The notes beneath the pieces are model-generated. The model was not told where the DNA came from and did not search any database. It was given only the letters and a program-made list of their open reading frames with translations. Positions 38,943 through 50,596 of a stretch of DNA of 64,000 nt are shown piece after piece (positions within the stretch are counted from its first letter, which is position 1; each line of letters opens with the position of its first letter). A program made the position numbers and the translations under genes. Source of the DNA: Spirochaetia bacterium (GTDB taxonomy: Bacteria > Spirochaetota > Spirochaetia > DSM-2461); NCBI GenBank assembly GCA_963666985.2, contig CAXXIA010000003.1, positions 32,001 to 96,000 on the forward strand. Direction: 5' to 3'.

Positions 38943-39121
38943 TCATAATCAAGCCCATACCGGATTTTTGAAGCTTATCCGGCTCTCCGCTCAAACAGCC
39001 TTCTCCCTCCGGCCTTATCCGGCTTCGTTCCTCCGCTCCGCCGGGGCCGTTCGGGCTGTAACCGCTGCGATCCGGGCTAGGGGAAACATCCAAAACTCGG
39101 AACACTGTTTTCAGCGGCACG

Positions 39122-40009
39122 TTAAAGAAGCGCTTCCACCTCGGAAAGAAACGGAATCCCCGTCATGGCGCCGGCTCGGGTTACCGCGATGGAACCGGCC
39201 GCACAGGCGCGCCGCAAACAGGCCTCCGCATCCATCCCCGCCATCTCCCCGGCGAGAAAATATCCCATGAACGTATCTCCGGCCCCGGTGGTGTCGACGA
39301 TAGGCCCCACATCCGGGAAAGAAGATCTGATCAAACCCGAATCGTCCGCCCGGACGGCGCCCTTTTTGCCCAGAGTCATCACCACCACCGTATTCGGATA
39401 CCGGCGGCGAAGTTCTGCAACCACATCCTCATCCGACGCATCGAGTCCCGAAAGCTCACGGCCTTCAATTTCATTCACAACCAGCCAAGAAAGACTCTCA
39501 AGAGGAAGCTTCTTCACTTCCGGCCCCATCGGCGCGGGATTCATCGCAATCTTCAGCCCGGCATCAAAAGCGGCCTTCATGAGATCTTCCGTCCTGTTAA
39601 TCTCGTTCTGCAAAAGCAGAATGTCACCTTTTTCCGCATCGCCGAGGAATCGGGTAATATCGTGTTCGTTCCAGTCTCTGTTGGCGCCGCCGAAAAGGAC
39701 AATGGCGTTCTCCCCGTCTTCGGCCACCTGGATCACCGCATGACCCGTCGGGACATCACCGACCGCGATGCCGGAAACATCAACACCGTCGGCCGCCAGT
39801 CCGGCCTTAAGGAACTCTCCGTCCTCGCCTATCTTGCCGACATGACGAACGGGAGCGCCGGCGCGCGCCAAAGCCGCCGACTGATTCAGGCCCTTCCCGC
39901 CCGCGAACCGTTCGAGAATCCGGCTCGGAATGGTTTCTCCCGGCCGAACGATATGATCCGTGCGAAAAACATCATCGATATTCAGTGAACCCGCATTATG
40001 TATCTTCAT
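39122..40009 (-). CDS. rbsK: Ribokinase (PfkB family)
   Basis: GSLNID, PGETI, GGKGLNQ, LLQNEI, NPAP, VNEIE, DTTGAGDTF; ATG at 40009. Confidence 0.85.
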   Translation of the reverse strand: MKIHNAGSLNIDDVFRTDHIVRPGETIPSRILERFAGGKGLNQSAALARAGAPVRHVGKIGEDGEFLKAGLAADGVDVSGIAVGDVPTGHAVIQVAEDGENAIVLFGGANRDWNEHDITRFLGDAEKGDILLLQNEINRTEDLMKAAFDAGLKIAMNPAPMGPEVKKLPLESLSWLVVNEIEGRELSGLDASDEDVVAELRRRYPNTVVVMTLGKKGAVRADDSGLIRSSFPDVGPIVDTTGAGDTFMGYFLAGEMAGMDAEACLRRACAAGSIAVTRAGAMTGIPFLSEVEALL

Positions 40010-40092
40010 AGTTCTCCCAATTCCTTGCGAAAAAATACCATGCATTGTTCGAAGCCGCCACCGCAACATCGACTCTGCGATAGAATAACCGT

Positions 40093-40629
40093 ATGAACTA
40101 TTGCCGAAAAATCAGCCTTTTAGCTGTGGTCGCGCTCATCGCCGCTGTGTTAATCCCGACCGGATGCTCAACGGCCCTCGGCTTTATGGGAACGCCCAAA
40201 ACCGTTAAAGGCACCCATATTGAACTCATCGACTCGGAACGGGGCATCGAATACAAAACCCTTATCGGCGGCACCGAAACGGCTCAAATCTTCGCCGTTC
40301 TCGACGAGAACGGATCGTACCGGATTGATTTTATCTATACGGACACCCGCCGGCTGAATATTGAAGCCGTCTTTCTCGAAACCGAAAATCTTATCGAACG
40401 AATCGACGTACCGAATCCCCTCATTGAGAATCCAACCGACGGGGAAACAGTTGAAACCGGATCCGCTTACATCCGAAAATCCGTCCTGGAAACGATGATC
40501 GAAACGGCGGTTCCGACGATTTACCTGAAAGGCCGAAATGGAACGGTTATCCTCGAAATGGGCGTAAACGGAAAAAGCCGGCTGAAGGAATTGATCGAGT
40601 TCGGGAATGACAGATTTCCCGGCGATTAA
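40093..40629 (+). CDS. Hypothetical lipoprotein
   Basis: Hydrophobic signal ending IPTGC; normal codon usage; no family recognised. Confidence 0.7.
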   Translation: MNYCRKISLLAVVALIAAVLIPTGCSTALGFMGTPKTVKGTHIELIDSERGIEYKTLIGGTETAQIFAVLDENGSYRIDFIYTDTRRLNIEAVFLETENLIERIDVPNPLIENPTDGETVETGSAYIRKSVLETMIETAVPTIYLKGRNGTVILEMGVNGKSRLKELIEFGNDRFPGD

Positions 40630-40675
40630 ACCTTTCGATTTCGGAAATACTCCCTCAGCCGTTCCATAAGAATTT

Positions 40676-40720
40676 AACAGGGCGCCTCAAGACGAAACAA
40701 TCATCTCAAGACACCCTGTT
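40676..40720. terminator. Stem-loop between convergent genes
   Basis: AACAGGG...CCCTGTT outer stem. Confidence 0.35.
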
Positions 40721-40768
40721 CCTCATAGGATCTTTTCAAAACCGAAAAAGACGGCGGACAGTCTCCGC

Positions 40769-42859
40769 TTATAATTCCTTTTCGATTTGAAAAACTGCGA
40801 CTTTTTCGTTTACGGCATTCAAGCTTGCGGTATTGCCATTCAACATATCGACCGCTTCCAGAACGATGGTATCGACATCCTTTGATTTTTCCGCAACGGA
40901 TAAAACCGAGTCCTTAACTTTTTCGGTTATCTCCACAAGTCCCGTCATTTCCTGAATAATGGCACGGCTTCCGGTAAGCATCTCCCTTGAACCGGAATGG
41001 ACTTCTTCGGTAATCCGGCTGATATCGGAAAGCGCCATAAGAACTTGAGAGCCTCCGCTGGACTGCTCTTCCAGGGAAATCTTGATTTCTTCTTCGATAT
41101 TGGTAACCCGCTGTACCGACTGCACAATGGCGCCAAGAGATTCTTCCGTTTCCTTCGAGGCGCCGACAGCCTCATCAATGGCCTTCTTGAATATTCCGAG
41201 GCTATCGGAAATAAGCCGGGATTGATCGTTGGAAACCTCGGCGAGTTTCCGGATTTCATCGGCAACCACGGCAAAACCTCTGCCGGCCTCTCCCGCGTGA
41301 GCCGCCTCAATCGCGGCGTTCATAGCCAAAAGATTCGTTTGAGAAGCGATACTCATAATCACTTCATTGGCTTCCATAACGCTCTGAGACTGCTGCCAAA
41401 GCGAAAGAACCGTTTCTTTTAATTCACCGACCAGCGTATTGCCCGAATCCACCACCTCATTGAGCTTTTCAAATTCCATTGAATTATTCTTCAGTCCGTT
41501 CGAAATGGACTTAATATTCGCAATCATTTGTTCAATGGCGGCGGAACTTTCGGTAATGCTGGCCGATTGAGATTCGATCTTCCCATCCTGATTCTCGATG
41601 GTCCGGGCAATTTCCTCAACGGTGGAAGATACCTCCACCACAACCGATGACTGATGAATAATGGAAGACTTCACATCTTCGGCCAAAGTGCTGATTTCAC
41701 TCGCGGACATTTTTGTATCGTTCATCGCCGAAAGCAGCTTGTTCACACCATCGATTGTTTGATTCAGATTCCGCCTTATCGTCGTAATAAAGCCGGTCAG
41801 GTTTTCCAGAGTGTCGTTCAGACTTCGGCTCATCTGGCCAACCTCATCCCTGCTCTTCACGTTTACGCGATCGGTCAGATTGCCATTGGACATTTCGGAA
41901 AGAGTCATCATCACGTTCCGAATCGGCTTACTGATTCCCAGAGAGAACCAGATCGACACAAAAATACCGACAAGGATGGAGGCGACAAACACGATTAGAA
42001 TATTCTGAGTCATCCCCCGAACCGAAGACATCACTTCGTCTTTCAGCGCGACAATCACAATGGACCACTCGGTGCCTTCGATGGGAGCGAAACCCAGAAA
42101 ACGATCAATGCCATCCAGTCGATACCTGTCGAAACCCGTTTCCCGGGCCACCATACGGTTCATGGAATCGATCATCTGAACATATTCCGGATTAATTTCG
42201 CTTTCTTTAATGAAGTTCTTGGAGTTGAAAACATAATCCCTGTTAGGATGAGCGATGATGTCGGCTTCTCCGTTCACGATATAGGAATAGCCGTCTTCCC
42301 CGTATGAAATGTTGTCGGTAATCAGCGAAAGCTCTTCACCGTCCAAACGGGCAATGATAACCGCGACGGGGTTTCCCCCCTCTCCGAAAATGGGGGAAGC
42401 CAGCATAACCACGGCCTTATGGGTTACCCTGCTGATAATAACATCGGAAATAACGGTTTTTCCGGAGAATGCCTCTTTAACATAAGTACGATCTCCCAGA
42501 TTCGCCGTGTTTCCATCGGTATAAACGGTGTGCCCGTCGGGAAAAACAATTCCCATTCCCAAATATCCGAGACGTTTGATTTCCTCTTCCAAAATCGGCG
42601 CCTGGATTTCCCAATCCATGCTTTTCATCTGCGGCTGCGCGGCGATGTTCTCTATTCCCAAAAGAAGATAATCCAATCGCGCCCGTAGATATTTCGCCGA
42701 ATCGGTCGCAATCTCAATAAGGGATTCTTCAATCGTCTCCTCTATCGCCGCCCGTCCGCTCAAAGTGGACAGAACCGCGATGCCGCCGCAGACAACAATC
42801 AGCAATATCGAAATAAGTCCGATAAGCTTCCAACGAATCGTTGCTGTTCTCCTTGCCAT
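40769..42859 (-). CDS. Methyl-accepting chemotaxis protein (dCache-HAMP-MA)
   Basis: Two TM segments; DEVGQMS (HAMP); [38 protein letters not shown]. Confidence 0.95.
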   Translation of the reverse strand: MARRTATIRWKLIGLISILLIVVCGGIAVLSTLSGRAAIEETIEESLIEIATDSAKYLRARLDYLLLGIENIAAQPQMKSMDWEIQAPILEEEIKRLGYLGMGIVFPDGHTVYTDGNTANLGDRTYVKEAFSGKTVISDVIISRVTHKAVVMLASPIFGEGGNPVAVIIARLDGEELSLITDNISYGEDGYSYIVNGEADIIAHPNRDYVFNSKNFIKESEINPEYVQMIDSMNRMVARETGFDRYRLDGIDRFLGFAPIEGTEWSIVIVALKDEVMSSVRGMTQNILIVFVASILVGIFVSIWFSLGISKPIRNVMMTLSEMSNGNLTDRVNVKSRDEVGQMSRSLNDTLENLTGFITTIRRNLNQTIDGVNKLLSAMNDTKMSASEISTLAEDVKSSIIHQSSVVVEVSSTVEEIARTIENQDGKIESQSASITESSAAIEQMIANIKSISNGLKNNSMEFEKLNEVVDSGNTLVGELKETVLSLWQQSQSVMEANEVIMSIASQTNLLAMNAAIEAAHAGEAGRGFAVVADEIRKLAEVSNDQSRLISDSLGIFKKAIDEAVGASKETEESLGAIVQSVQRVTNIEEEIKISLEEQSSGGSQVLMALSDISRITEEVHSGSREMLTGSRAIIQEMTGLVEITEKVKDSVLSVAEKSKDVDTIVLEAVDMLNGNTASLNAVNEKVAVFQIEKEL

Positions 42860-43098
42860 TTTCAGTACTCCAAATTTTTGTTATACATAGTTCTACCTTC
42901 TCATGTAATAAAGGACTTACAGGAGCGGAAGGATGATGTCCTCTAAGAACCGTGCTGTTCGTTATTCTAGAGAAAGTAATGAGTCGGTTCAGTGTTTTCA
43001 AGAAAAAATCTTGAAAGAAACACCTTTTCTCCATAAGCAGGTCCGCCAAGAATTTAGGGAAGAGAACATATGTTTACAAGAGGCTTAAGGAGCGCATC

Positions 43099-43911
43099 AT
43101 GACCTTGTACCAAGTGGATGCATTTACCGATACGGTCTTCGGCGGAAATCCGGCCGCCGTCTGCCCCCTGAAAGAATGGCCCGAAGAGACTCTTCTTCAA
43201 AATATCGCCATGGAAAACAACCTCTCGGAAACGGCCTTCATAATCAATCGCGGCGATTATTGGGACATCCGGTGGTTCACCCCGACATACGAAATCGATT
43301 TGGCGGGACATCCCACCCTTGCCGCCGCCTGGGTTATTTTTCATCTGCTGACCCCCGAAGACGCCTCGGAGGAAATCCGTTTCCGTACCCGGTGGGCCGG
43401 CGACCTTGCGGTTCGGCGGGAAGAATCCCGCATTATTATGGATTTTCCGGCCCGGCCCGGCGAAAAGCGTCCGGTAACAAGGGAAATCGCCGAAGCCCTG
43501 GGAATTACTCCCGAAGCCGCCTATAAATCCCGCGATTGGATGATGGTGTTTCCCGATGAACAAACCGTTCGCGATTTCCGGCCCAATCCCGCAGCCCTTT
43601 CGAATATTGCCCATGAAAAAAACGGTCTCATCGTCACCTCGCCGGGCCGCAAGGACGGCGCGGATTTCGTTTCCCGCTTCTTCGCTCCCTCACTCGGCAT
43701 TAACGAAGACCCGGTAACGGGTTCCGCTCACTGTACGCTGGTGCCTTACTGGTCGCAACGTCTCGGGAAAAAGAAGCTGCACGCTCGGCAGCTGTCGAAA
43801 CGCGGCGGAGAGCTTTACTGTGAAGAGCGCGGAGAGAGAATCTTAATCTCCGGGAATGCCGTTCTTTTCATGACGGGAGAAATCAGCCTCCGCTCGGATT
43901 CGCCCGGCTGA
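43099..43911 (+). CDS. PhzF-family isomerase
   Basis: QVDAFT..FGGNPAAV, NLSETAF, RWFTP..EIDLAGH, SRFFAP..GINEDPVTGSAH. Confidence 0.93.
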   Translation: MTLYQVDAFTDTVFGGNPAAVCPLKEWPEETLLQNIAMENNLSETAFIINRGDYWDIRWFTPTYEIDLAGHPTLAAAWVIFHLLTPEDASEEIRFRTRWAGDLAVRREESRIIMDFPARPGEKRPVTREIAEALGITPEAAYKSRDWMMVFPDEQTVRDFRPNPAALSNIAHEKNGLIVTSPGRKDGADFVSRFFAPSLGINEDPVTGSAHCTLVPYWSQRLGKKKLHARQLSKRGGELYCEERGERILISGNAVLFMTGEISLRSDSPG

Positions 43912-43945
43912 AGCGTTCCGCTGTTCCAAAATTTCTCGCGGAACT

Positions 43946-44611
43946 TCAATCCGTCGAAAATCGCTCCCGAAACTTTTCCATAAGGATTTCAACATCGTCC
44001 GCGGGAAGAGACGGCAGCGGGGCTTGGCCCGCCAGAATCCGGACGTTCCGATGAATCTGCGCAAGTTTTTCAACCACGTAAACGGCATCAACAGCATCGG
44101 TCAGACTTCTCCCGCAGGTCAGAAGGCCATGGTGGGACAGCATAACGGCATTCCCCCGCCCAAGACCTTCCAATACGACTTGTACCAGCTCCTCGGTTCC
44201 CGTTAATCGATAAGGAGCACAGGGAACCGCACCGCCAAGGAAAGCGGCCGCTTCTTCCGCAATCAGAGGAATCTTTTGTTCGAGAACGGCATGAGCCACC
44301 GTTTCCGGCGGATGCGTATGAACAACGGCCATCACTCTCGGCCGCCGGCTAAAAACTCCCGCATGCATTCGAAATTCGGAAGACGGCCTCCGCGGACCGC
44401 TCCGTTTCTCGTCAAAAACGCCTTCAAAAGTCACGACGGCCATATCCTCGGACTTCAAATCGGAATACCGATTCATCGTAGGGGTAATAACCATGGCGTT
44501 TTCACCCGGGATTCGCAAACTCAAATTACCTTCGCCGGGCAGAACCAATCCGTTCTCATAAAGAGCTTTGGCGGCGGCGGCCAATTCGTCCTTCAGTTCC
44601 TTAATATTCAT
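43946..44611 (-). CDS. Class II aldolase/adducin-family protein (FucA-like)
   Basis: EGNLS, ITPT, PSSEFRMH, VVHTH, LSHHG; ATG at 44611. Confidence 0.88.
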   Translation of the reverse strand: MNIKELKDELAAAAKALYENGLVLPGEGNLSLRIPGENAMVITPTMNRYSDLKSEDMAVVTFEGVFDEKRSGPRRPSSEFRMHAGVFSRRPRVMAVVHTHPPETVAHAVLEQKIPLIAEEAAAFLGGAVPCAPYRLTGTEELVQVVLEGLGRGNAVMLSHHGLLTCGRSLTDAVDAVYVVEKLAQIHRNVRILAGQAPLPSLPADDVEILMEKFRERFSTD

Positions 44612-44726
44612 TAACTTTGTCCTTTCCGAGTAAAATAAGCCTAATTCAACAATTTTTTCTTGTTTTTGGTGAAAATACTCCTCCTCAAATACTATTCTTT
44701 TCTTATGGAGGACGGAGCATACATAA

Positions 44727-46256
44727 ATGAATACCATAAACGACAGCATCGCCAGACAAAAACATCAATCATCGGAGGACTACTTGAAAGTTCTCATCGT
44801 TGATGATGAACCGATGGTTCATGACATAACCGAGCTGATTTTAAAGAACTTCAAATATAAAAACCATAAGCTCAAACTTGTTAACGCTTATTCCGCGGCG
44901 GAAGCCCGGGAAATCCTGGCGGCGGAAAGTCCTTTTGCACTCATTCTCCTGGATGTCATCATGGAAACCGATGATGCGGGGCTCACCCTCGCGCGATATA
45001 TTCGTGAAGAACTCAAGGACCCTCTGGTGCGCATTATTCTTCGTACCGGTCAGCCCGGCATGGTTCCCCAGCGGCAAGTCATGCGGGAATACGAAATCGA
45101 TGATTACAAGGAAAAATCGGAACTGACCAGCGAAAAATTCGATTCCGCCGTAACGGCCGCCATTCGTACTTACCTCGGTTTTCAAAGCCTTGAACAAAGC
45201 CGCCGGGGATTGGCCTGCATTCTTGATGCGGTTCGAGACGTCGAGGCGACGGATGTTGAAGAAACCATCGCGAATCGGATTCTGGACCAAATTGAATCGG
45301 TAACCGACCGTAACGACAAAAAAACCAACAGCATGGGAGCGCTTCTTGTCTCCGTTGATGAAAAACAGTCAAGCCGCATTATTACGGGGCGGGGAAACTA
45401 TGGGAACATTCACGATTCGGCCCTGGACACCATTGAAGATGCAAGCATTAAGGATCTGATCCAGCAGGGACTTTCATCAGGCGGAACCCTCTCCGACGAA
45501 CATCACATCCTCACCTCGCTTTTAACAAGAAACGGAGAACGCTATCTGGCCTATTTCGAAGACGAAAAAGAATTCGGCGATGTGGAACGCTATCTGGTCG
45601 AACTCTATTCCTCTCATATGAAGGCTTCTTTAGATAATAAAATGCTCAACCAGGAGCTGATTGATACTCAAATCGAAATCATCTCAACTTTAAGTGAAGT
45701 CATCGAATCCCGTTCCGGCGAAACGGGTCTTCACGTCAGAAGGGTCGGAGAACTCTGCTATATGATGGCGGATAACCTGGGTTTCGACGAAGAAAAGCTG
45801 GATTTGATTATGTTCGCCTCTCCCCTTCACGACATTGGAAAAGTCGGAATCAGTGATGCGATTCTCAATAAACCGGGAAGACTGACTCCGGAAGAATTCG
45901 AATTAATGAAAGCCCACGCGCAAATCGGATACGATATTCTCAAAACGTCTCATAAATCCTTATTAAAATTGGGCGCCGACATCTGTCTTCAGCACCACGA
46001 AAGATGGGACGGCAAAGGCTATCCGAACGGACTGGCCAAAGACGAAATCTGTATCGAAGCGCAAATCTGCGCGGTGGCCGATGTTCTGGACGCCGTGAAA
46101 TCGAAAAGAGTTTATAAAGATGCCATGCCCCTGGATCAGGCCCTGGGAATCATCAAAGAAGGACGGGGAACACAATTCAATCCCGAAATTGTCGACATCC
46201 TTATAGACAATAAAGCAACCGTGGAAGAAATCTATAATCAATTGGACGATGAATAG
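44727..46256 (+). CDS. Response regulator with HD-GYP phosphodiesterase domain (REC-DUF3369-HD)
   Basis: VLIVDDE, LLDVIME, RIILRTGQPG, HDIGK, HHERWDGKGYP. Confidence 0.92.
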   Translation: MNTINDSIARQKHQSSEDYLKVLIVDDEPMVHDITELILKNFKYKNHKLKLVNAYSAAEAREILAAESPFALILLDVIMETDDAGLTLARYIREELKDPLVRIILRTGQPGMVPQRQVMREYEIDDYKEKSELTSEKFDSAVTAAIRTYLGFQSLEQSRRGLACILDAVRDVEATDVEETIANRILDQIESVTDRNDKKTNSMGALLVSVDEKQSSRIITGRGNYGNIHDSALDTIEDASIKDLIQQGLSSGGTLSDEHHILTSLLTRNGERYLAYFEDEKEFGDVERYLVELYSSHMKASLDNKMLNQELIDTQIEIISTLSEVIESRSGETGLHVRRVGELCYMMADNLGFDEEKLDLIMFASPLHDIGKVGISDAILNKPGRLTPEEFELMKAHAQIGYDILKTSHKSLLKLGADICLQHHERWDGKGYPNGLAKDEICIEAQICAVADVLDAVKSKRVYKDAMPLDQALGIIKEGRGTQFNPEIVDILIDNKATVEEIYNQLDDE

Positions 46257-46336
46257 CCGCTTTCATCGGCGAAATGGAATGCCGCCGGTCAAACGATAAA
46301 AACCCGCCGCGGATGTCTTCATCAGCCTGCTGCTGA

Positions 46337-47545
46337 TCATCCATCTTCCCATTCATCGCTTTTTAATCCGATGCTCAGGAGTTTCGGACCCGCATAACGG
46401 ATACCGAGAAGCCCCAGCGGCGTTGTAAAAATAATCGCCAGCACCGCATAGGCCAAAATAAGGGCTCCTCCTTCAATCCCTTCCTGAAGGGGAACGGCTC
46501 CCAAAGCCGCTTGAACCGTTGCTTTGGGCAAATAAGCCACAATGGAAAAAAGCCTTTCTTTCCAATCCAGCGCCGATCCCGCGGTCGCGGTCAGCACCCC
46601 GATTGAACGGGCGGCAAGACCGGCCGCTATAAAGAGCAAGGCCAATGGACCGGCCTTAAGCGCCGCGTCCAATTGAACGGACATCCCGATAAGAACAAAG
46701 AGGACAATCTCGCTGAACACCCACACTTTACCGAGCTTCAAAGAGAGTTCCTTGGCCACACGATCGGCTTTGGCCAAAAGAATAAAACCCACGGTCATTA
46801 TGCCCAAAAGCGCGGCGGCTTGCGTCCAATCACCGACTTGCGCCAGCATAACGCTCACGCCGAGAAGCAAAATCGTTTTCTCGGTCGCGCGGATTTTTTC
46901 GTAATACCGTTCAAAGAACCAAACCAGGAAAAACCCCACGGCCAAACCGGGCAGAACGCCCAGAAGCAGAGATCGGGGAACCGCCAAAACGGCCTCCAGA
47001 ACACCGAAGCGGTCGCCTTTCGCCAATCCCAAAAACAGGGTAAAGAGAGTAATAACCACAACATTGTCCAGCCCGGCCCCGGCGAGAACCATCGTGGGGA
47101 CATCTTTTTCTTTTCCGTATCCCTTTTCTTTAAGATGCAGCATGGAAGGAACCACCACCGCCGGGGAAACAGCAGAAAGCAGCAATGCGGCCAAAACCGC
47201 GATAAACCAGTCGAAATCAAGAATAAATCGGAATAAAACAGTCAGCGCGGCCGCTTCGAAAAACGCCGGCAAAAAAGACATCTTGATAACCACGGAACCG
47301 ACTTTCTTCAATGTTTCAAGACGAATGCCCAATCCGGCTCTGAGCAGAATAACAATAAGTGCCAGAGTCTTTAAAAAGGGAGCCAATTCCCAAAGTTCGG
47401 ACGGAATAACCTCGTGCCAAAGCGTGCCGAGGGCCAGCCCCCAGAGGGTCATTCCGAGAACTCCGGGAAGACCGATTCGGGCGAATAAACGGCCGAACAG
47501 CCAGCCGCCGACAAGAATGAGTACGATAATAAGCTGCAGAGTCAC
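46337..47545 (-). CDS. Cation:proton antiporter (CPA/Na_H_Exchanger)
   Basis: Multi-TM; LLRAGLG, AVSPAVVVP, LFVLIG, PKATVQAALG; GTG start. Confidence 0.88.
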   Translation of the reverse strand: MTLQLIIVLILVGGWLFGRLFARIGLPGVLGMTLWGLALGTLWHEVIPSELWELAPFLKTLALIVILLRAGLGIRLETLKKVGSVVIKMSFLPAFFEAAALTVLFRFILDFDWFIAVLAALLLSAVSPAVVVPSMLHLKEKGYGKEKDVPTMVLAGAGLDNVVVITLFTLFLGLAKGDRFGVLEAVLAVPRSLLLGVLPGLAVGFFLVWFFERYYEKIRATEKTILLLGVSVMLAQVGDWTQAAALLGIMTVGFILLAKADRVAKELSLKLGKVWVFSEIVLFVLIGMSVQLDAALKAGPLALLFIAAGLAARSIGVLTATAGSALDWKERLFSIVAYLPKATVQAALGAVPLQEGIEGGALILAYAVLAIIFTTPLGLLGIRYAGPKLLSIGLKSDEWEDG

Positions 47546-47655
47546 GCAAGCCTCCCGAATCCACTATAGACGGGAGAAGGCCGTTAACGCCAGGAACGGA
47601 GGAAAAACGCCGCGGCAATGAAGCATTTCCGATAATCGATGCGTTATTCCTTATT

Positions 47656-48330
47656 ATGAGAAACAGAACCTTTCAGCGGATATCCGATATAAAACCCGAA
47701 GACAGACCGCGTGAACGATTGGCCTCGCGCGGCGTTACGGCCCTTTCCGACATTGAACTGCTCTCGCTGATGCTCGGCTCGGGCGGAGGATTCGGAGGAG
47801 TCGGTCGGATAGCCCTGGAAATTCTGACGGTGATGGACGGCTGTGAAGACATGCCGGATATCGAAGAACTGATGTCCGTCGAGGGCATCGGACCGGCGAA
47901 GGCATCCATGCTTTCGGCATCTTTCGAGTTCGCCCGGCGCCGCTTAAAGCCGGCCATCAGCCGAATCAGTCAGCCCGTGGACGTCCTTCCTCTGGTTTCC
48001 CATTGGGCCGACAGACCCCAGGAACATTTTCTGGTGATCAGCCTGAACGGCGGCCACGAGGTTATTCGGCTTCGTGTGGTCAGCCAAGGAACTTTGGATC
48101 GGACACTCGTGCACCCCCGCGAAGTTTTCGTGGATCCTTTATCCGACAGGGCGGCGGCGATTATCTGCGCTCATAATCATCCGAGCGGCAACCCGGAGCC
48201 CTCCAAAGAGGATAAAGATCTGACTCTTCGGCTCTCAAAGGCCGGTGATCTTCTCGGCATTCCTCTCTTGGATCATGTGATTTTTACCCATAAAGGCTAC
48301 TACAGTTTTCTGGAGGAGGGGCTGCTGTAA
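47656..48330 (+). CDS. radC: RadC (UPF0758) JAB-domain protein
   Basis: RPRERL..G..ALSD.ELL, GIGPAK, VHPREVF, HNHPSG.PEPS.ED, LLDHVI. Confidence 0.95.
   Translation: MRNRTFQRISDIKPEDRPRERLASRGVTALSDIELLSLMLGSGGGFGGVGRIALEILTVMDGCEDMPDIEELMSVEGIGPAKASMLSASFEFARRRLKPAISRISQPVDVLPLVSHWADRPQEHFLVISLNGGHEVIRLRVVSQGTLDRTLVHPREVFVDPLSDRAAAIICAHNHPSGNPEPSKEDKDLTLRLSKAGDLLGIPLLDHVIFTHKGYYSFLEEGLL
48241..48312 (+). repeat. radC 3' end, left copy of a diverged direct repeat (att-like)
   Basis: 58/72 nt identical (hand count, ungapped) to 51696-51767. Confidence 0.8.
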
Positions 48331-48381
48331 TTTTTCAAGCCCTTAGCGGCGGACTCATCTTAGTAAATGAGAAAAGAACTG

Positions 48382-50583
48382 TTATGAAAAGATATTCGAG
48401 GAATAATAGCGGTCTTCTATCGTGCAATACTCGTTGAGTGAAATGCCGCAGGGTATTGCGCGCAGCTGATATGATCCCATGTATGAATCACACTCGCGGC
48501 CTCCGGTAAGGATGTTGGCATTGGATTCATCCCAGCCGTAACCGGGAGCACCGGCTTCGGGATACCACCACGCAAAATCACAATTAATAACCTGAATATC
48601 CATTGAAGGCTCAAGCTTTGCTTTTTGAGTAATTTGCCCCTGTGAGGTTTCTATGAACACCCAGTCGCCTTCGTTAATGTCGTGTTCCTTTGCGGTATCA
48701 GGATGCATGCGTACAAGGGGAAACGGATACTGTTTTCTCAGGCTTCGTATTTGCCGGTTATTGGATATAAAAAATTGCTGATGGCGACCGCCCGTAGTCA
48801 AAATATAGGGATATTTCTTTTCAGGATCGAGATTTTGCCGGGAATCTTCGGGAGCTTCCTGCCAATAGGGAAGAGGATCGCCCCCGTTGTGTTCCATTTC
48901 CAATGAATAAAACTCAAATTTTCCGGATGGAGTATTAAAACCGGCCCGTTTTTTGTAGTTGTAATACTCCCGCTTTGGTGTATAAAAGCCGGTTTCTTTC
49001 AGTTTATCAAAGGTTAAACCGCTCATTTCAGGAAAACGCTGCGACATGAGGGCCAGTTCCTTATCAATGATTTCTTTTTGATCGGCAGTACCATCATCAA
49101 GTCCAAGACGTTTTAAAATTTCTATAAAAATCTCCTCATCAGCCTTACATTCCCCAACCTGTACGATCTTCTGCTGGCAGAGTACCGTGTGCTCGGAAAA
49201 TTCCGGCATGCAGAAAACGCAGTCAAGTTCCGGCCAGAGCGCCGCAGGCAATACGATGTCGGCAAGCTCCGCGGTAGGAGTCATAAACATGTCGATAGAG
49301 ACAAAAAAGTCCAGCTTCTTCAAACATTCATATACTTTTCTGCTGCCGGGAAGCGAGATCAATGAATTGTTTGCGCTGGCTATCATGGCCCGTATCTTGT
49401 AGGGTAAGCCCGAACAGATGGAATCCATCACTTCCAGCGGATGTGCATAGGGCTTAAGGTTTCTGTATGGGAAATGGTTGATCAATGAAGGATTCGGAAC
49501 TATCGGATCCCGCTTGGTAGGAACAATCCCTTTACTTTCTACAAATCCTCCGGGAATATCATAGTTGCCGGTGATCGCGGGAATCATATAGATGGCCCTG
49601 CAGGTTTGAGTCGCGTTGTATCCTTGTTCAAAGGCACAGCCCCATTCAAGGGATAACGGTTTTACCTCCGCCATCATATGAGCGGCTTTCCGGATGTGTT
49701 CTTTCGGTATCCGGGTTATTTCGGAAACTCGGTCAATATTATAGTCCTTACACCGTTCCCGAAGCTCATCAAAACCAAAAGTCCAGTTATCAACGAATTC
49801 ATGATCGTATAGATTCTCCGAGATGATGATATTCAGTATTCCGAGAGCCAATGCGCCGTCCGTACCGGGACGGATTCTCAACCACAGGTCGGCACGTTCG
49901 GCAAGCTCGGTTTTTTGAGGATCAATAACGATGAACTTTGTACCGAGTTCGGCGCATCTGCGCGGATGCCACTGAAGTTCGCCGTCGGCTCCGCTTACCG
50001 TTGGATTGGCGCCCCATACAACAAGACATTCCGGAGTCTTCGGACCATAATAGTCCACGCAGGAATAGGTCCCGGCCGTGGAAAAACCGGCGTTTTTACG
50101 GGGTCCAAGGCAGATCAGGGCTCCAGCGGATGTTATGTTCGGGGTTCCAAGGGCTTTTGTAAATTTCCAGAGAGAGGGTATATGATGTCTGCCGGTGCCG
50201 GTTATTGCCGAAACGCACTCAGGACCATATCCGTCAATGAATTCGGCTAATTTTTCAGCAATGGTATCAAGAGCTTCATCCCATGATATTCGCTCCCATG
50301 TGCCGTTTCCGCGGGAGCCGACGCGTCGCATAGGATACAACAGTCGGTCGGGGTGGTACATTTGTTCAATTATCGACAGGCCTTTTATGCAGGCGTTTCC
50401 CTGATTCAGCGGTCCGTCTTTATCGGGACGGATTTTCACGACCTTCCCGTCTTTAACCGTTAAGAGATGCAGGCATCCGCCATGGCATCCGCGGCAGGCA
50501 ACCCTGTATTCCTGAGAATCATCCACCTGAATATCCCACCCCATTCCGTTCGTATGTGCGCCCCAAAGGGATGTTCCCATCAT
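48382..50583 (-). CDS. Molybdopterin (bis-MGD) oxidoreductase, acetylene-hydratase-like clade, cytoplasmic
   Basis: CRGCHGGC-x26-C 4Fe-4S motif, HPDRLLYPMRR, WGANP, RPGTDGAL, TPTAELADIVLP, TPSGKFEF, MHPDTA; no Tat signal; likely start 50583/50580. Confidence 0.88.
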   Translation of the reverse strand: MMGTSLWGAHTNGMGWDIQVDDSQEYRVACRGCHGGCLHLLTVKDGKVVKIRPDKDGPLNQGNACIKGLSIIEQMYHPDRLLYPMRRVGSRGNGTWERISWDEALDTIAEKLAEFIDGYGPECVSAITGTGRHHIPSLWKFTKALGTPNITSAGALICLGPRKNAGFSTAGTYSCVDYYGPKTPECLVVWGANPTVSGADGELQWHPRRCAELGTKFIVIDPQKTELAERADLWLRIRPGTDGALALGILNIIISENLYDHEFVDNWTFGFDELRERCKDYNIDRVSEITRIPKEHIRKAAHMMAEVKPLSLEWGCAFEQGYNATQTCRAIYMIPAITGNYDIPGGFVESKGIVPTKRDPIVPNPSLINHFPYRNLKPYAHPLEVMDSICSGLPYKIRAMIASANNSLISLPGSRKVYECLKKLDFFVSIDMFMTPTAELADIVLPAALWPELDCVFCMPEFSEHTVLCQQKIVQVGECKADEEIFIEILKRLGLDDGTADQKEIIDKELALMSQRFPEMSGLTFDKLKETGFYTPKREYYNYKKRAGFNTPSGKFEFYSLEMEHNGGDPLPYWQEAPEDSRQNLDPEKKYPYILTTGGRHQQFFISNNRQIRSLRKQYPFPLVRMHPDTAKEHDINEGDWVFIETSQGQITQKAKLEPSMDIQVINCDFAWWYPEAGAPGYGWDESNANILTGGRECDSYMGSYQLRAIPCGISLNEYCTIEDRYYSSNIFS

Positions 50584-50596
50584 AAATAAAGCATTA

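Noticed and set aside
39005..39040. Similarity to 54484-54507 (CGGAGCGGAGG...AAGCCGGA, reverse strand) as a third repeat family
   Set aside because: Only about 19 matching bases in GC-rich sequence; cannot be distinguished from chance without a genome-wide search
42860..43098. c-di-GMP riboswitch upstream of the MCP gene
   Set aside because: No recognisable GEMM consensus on either strand
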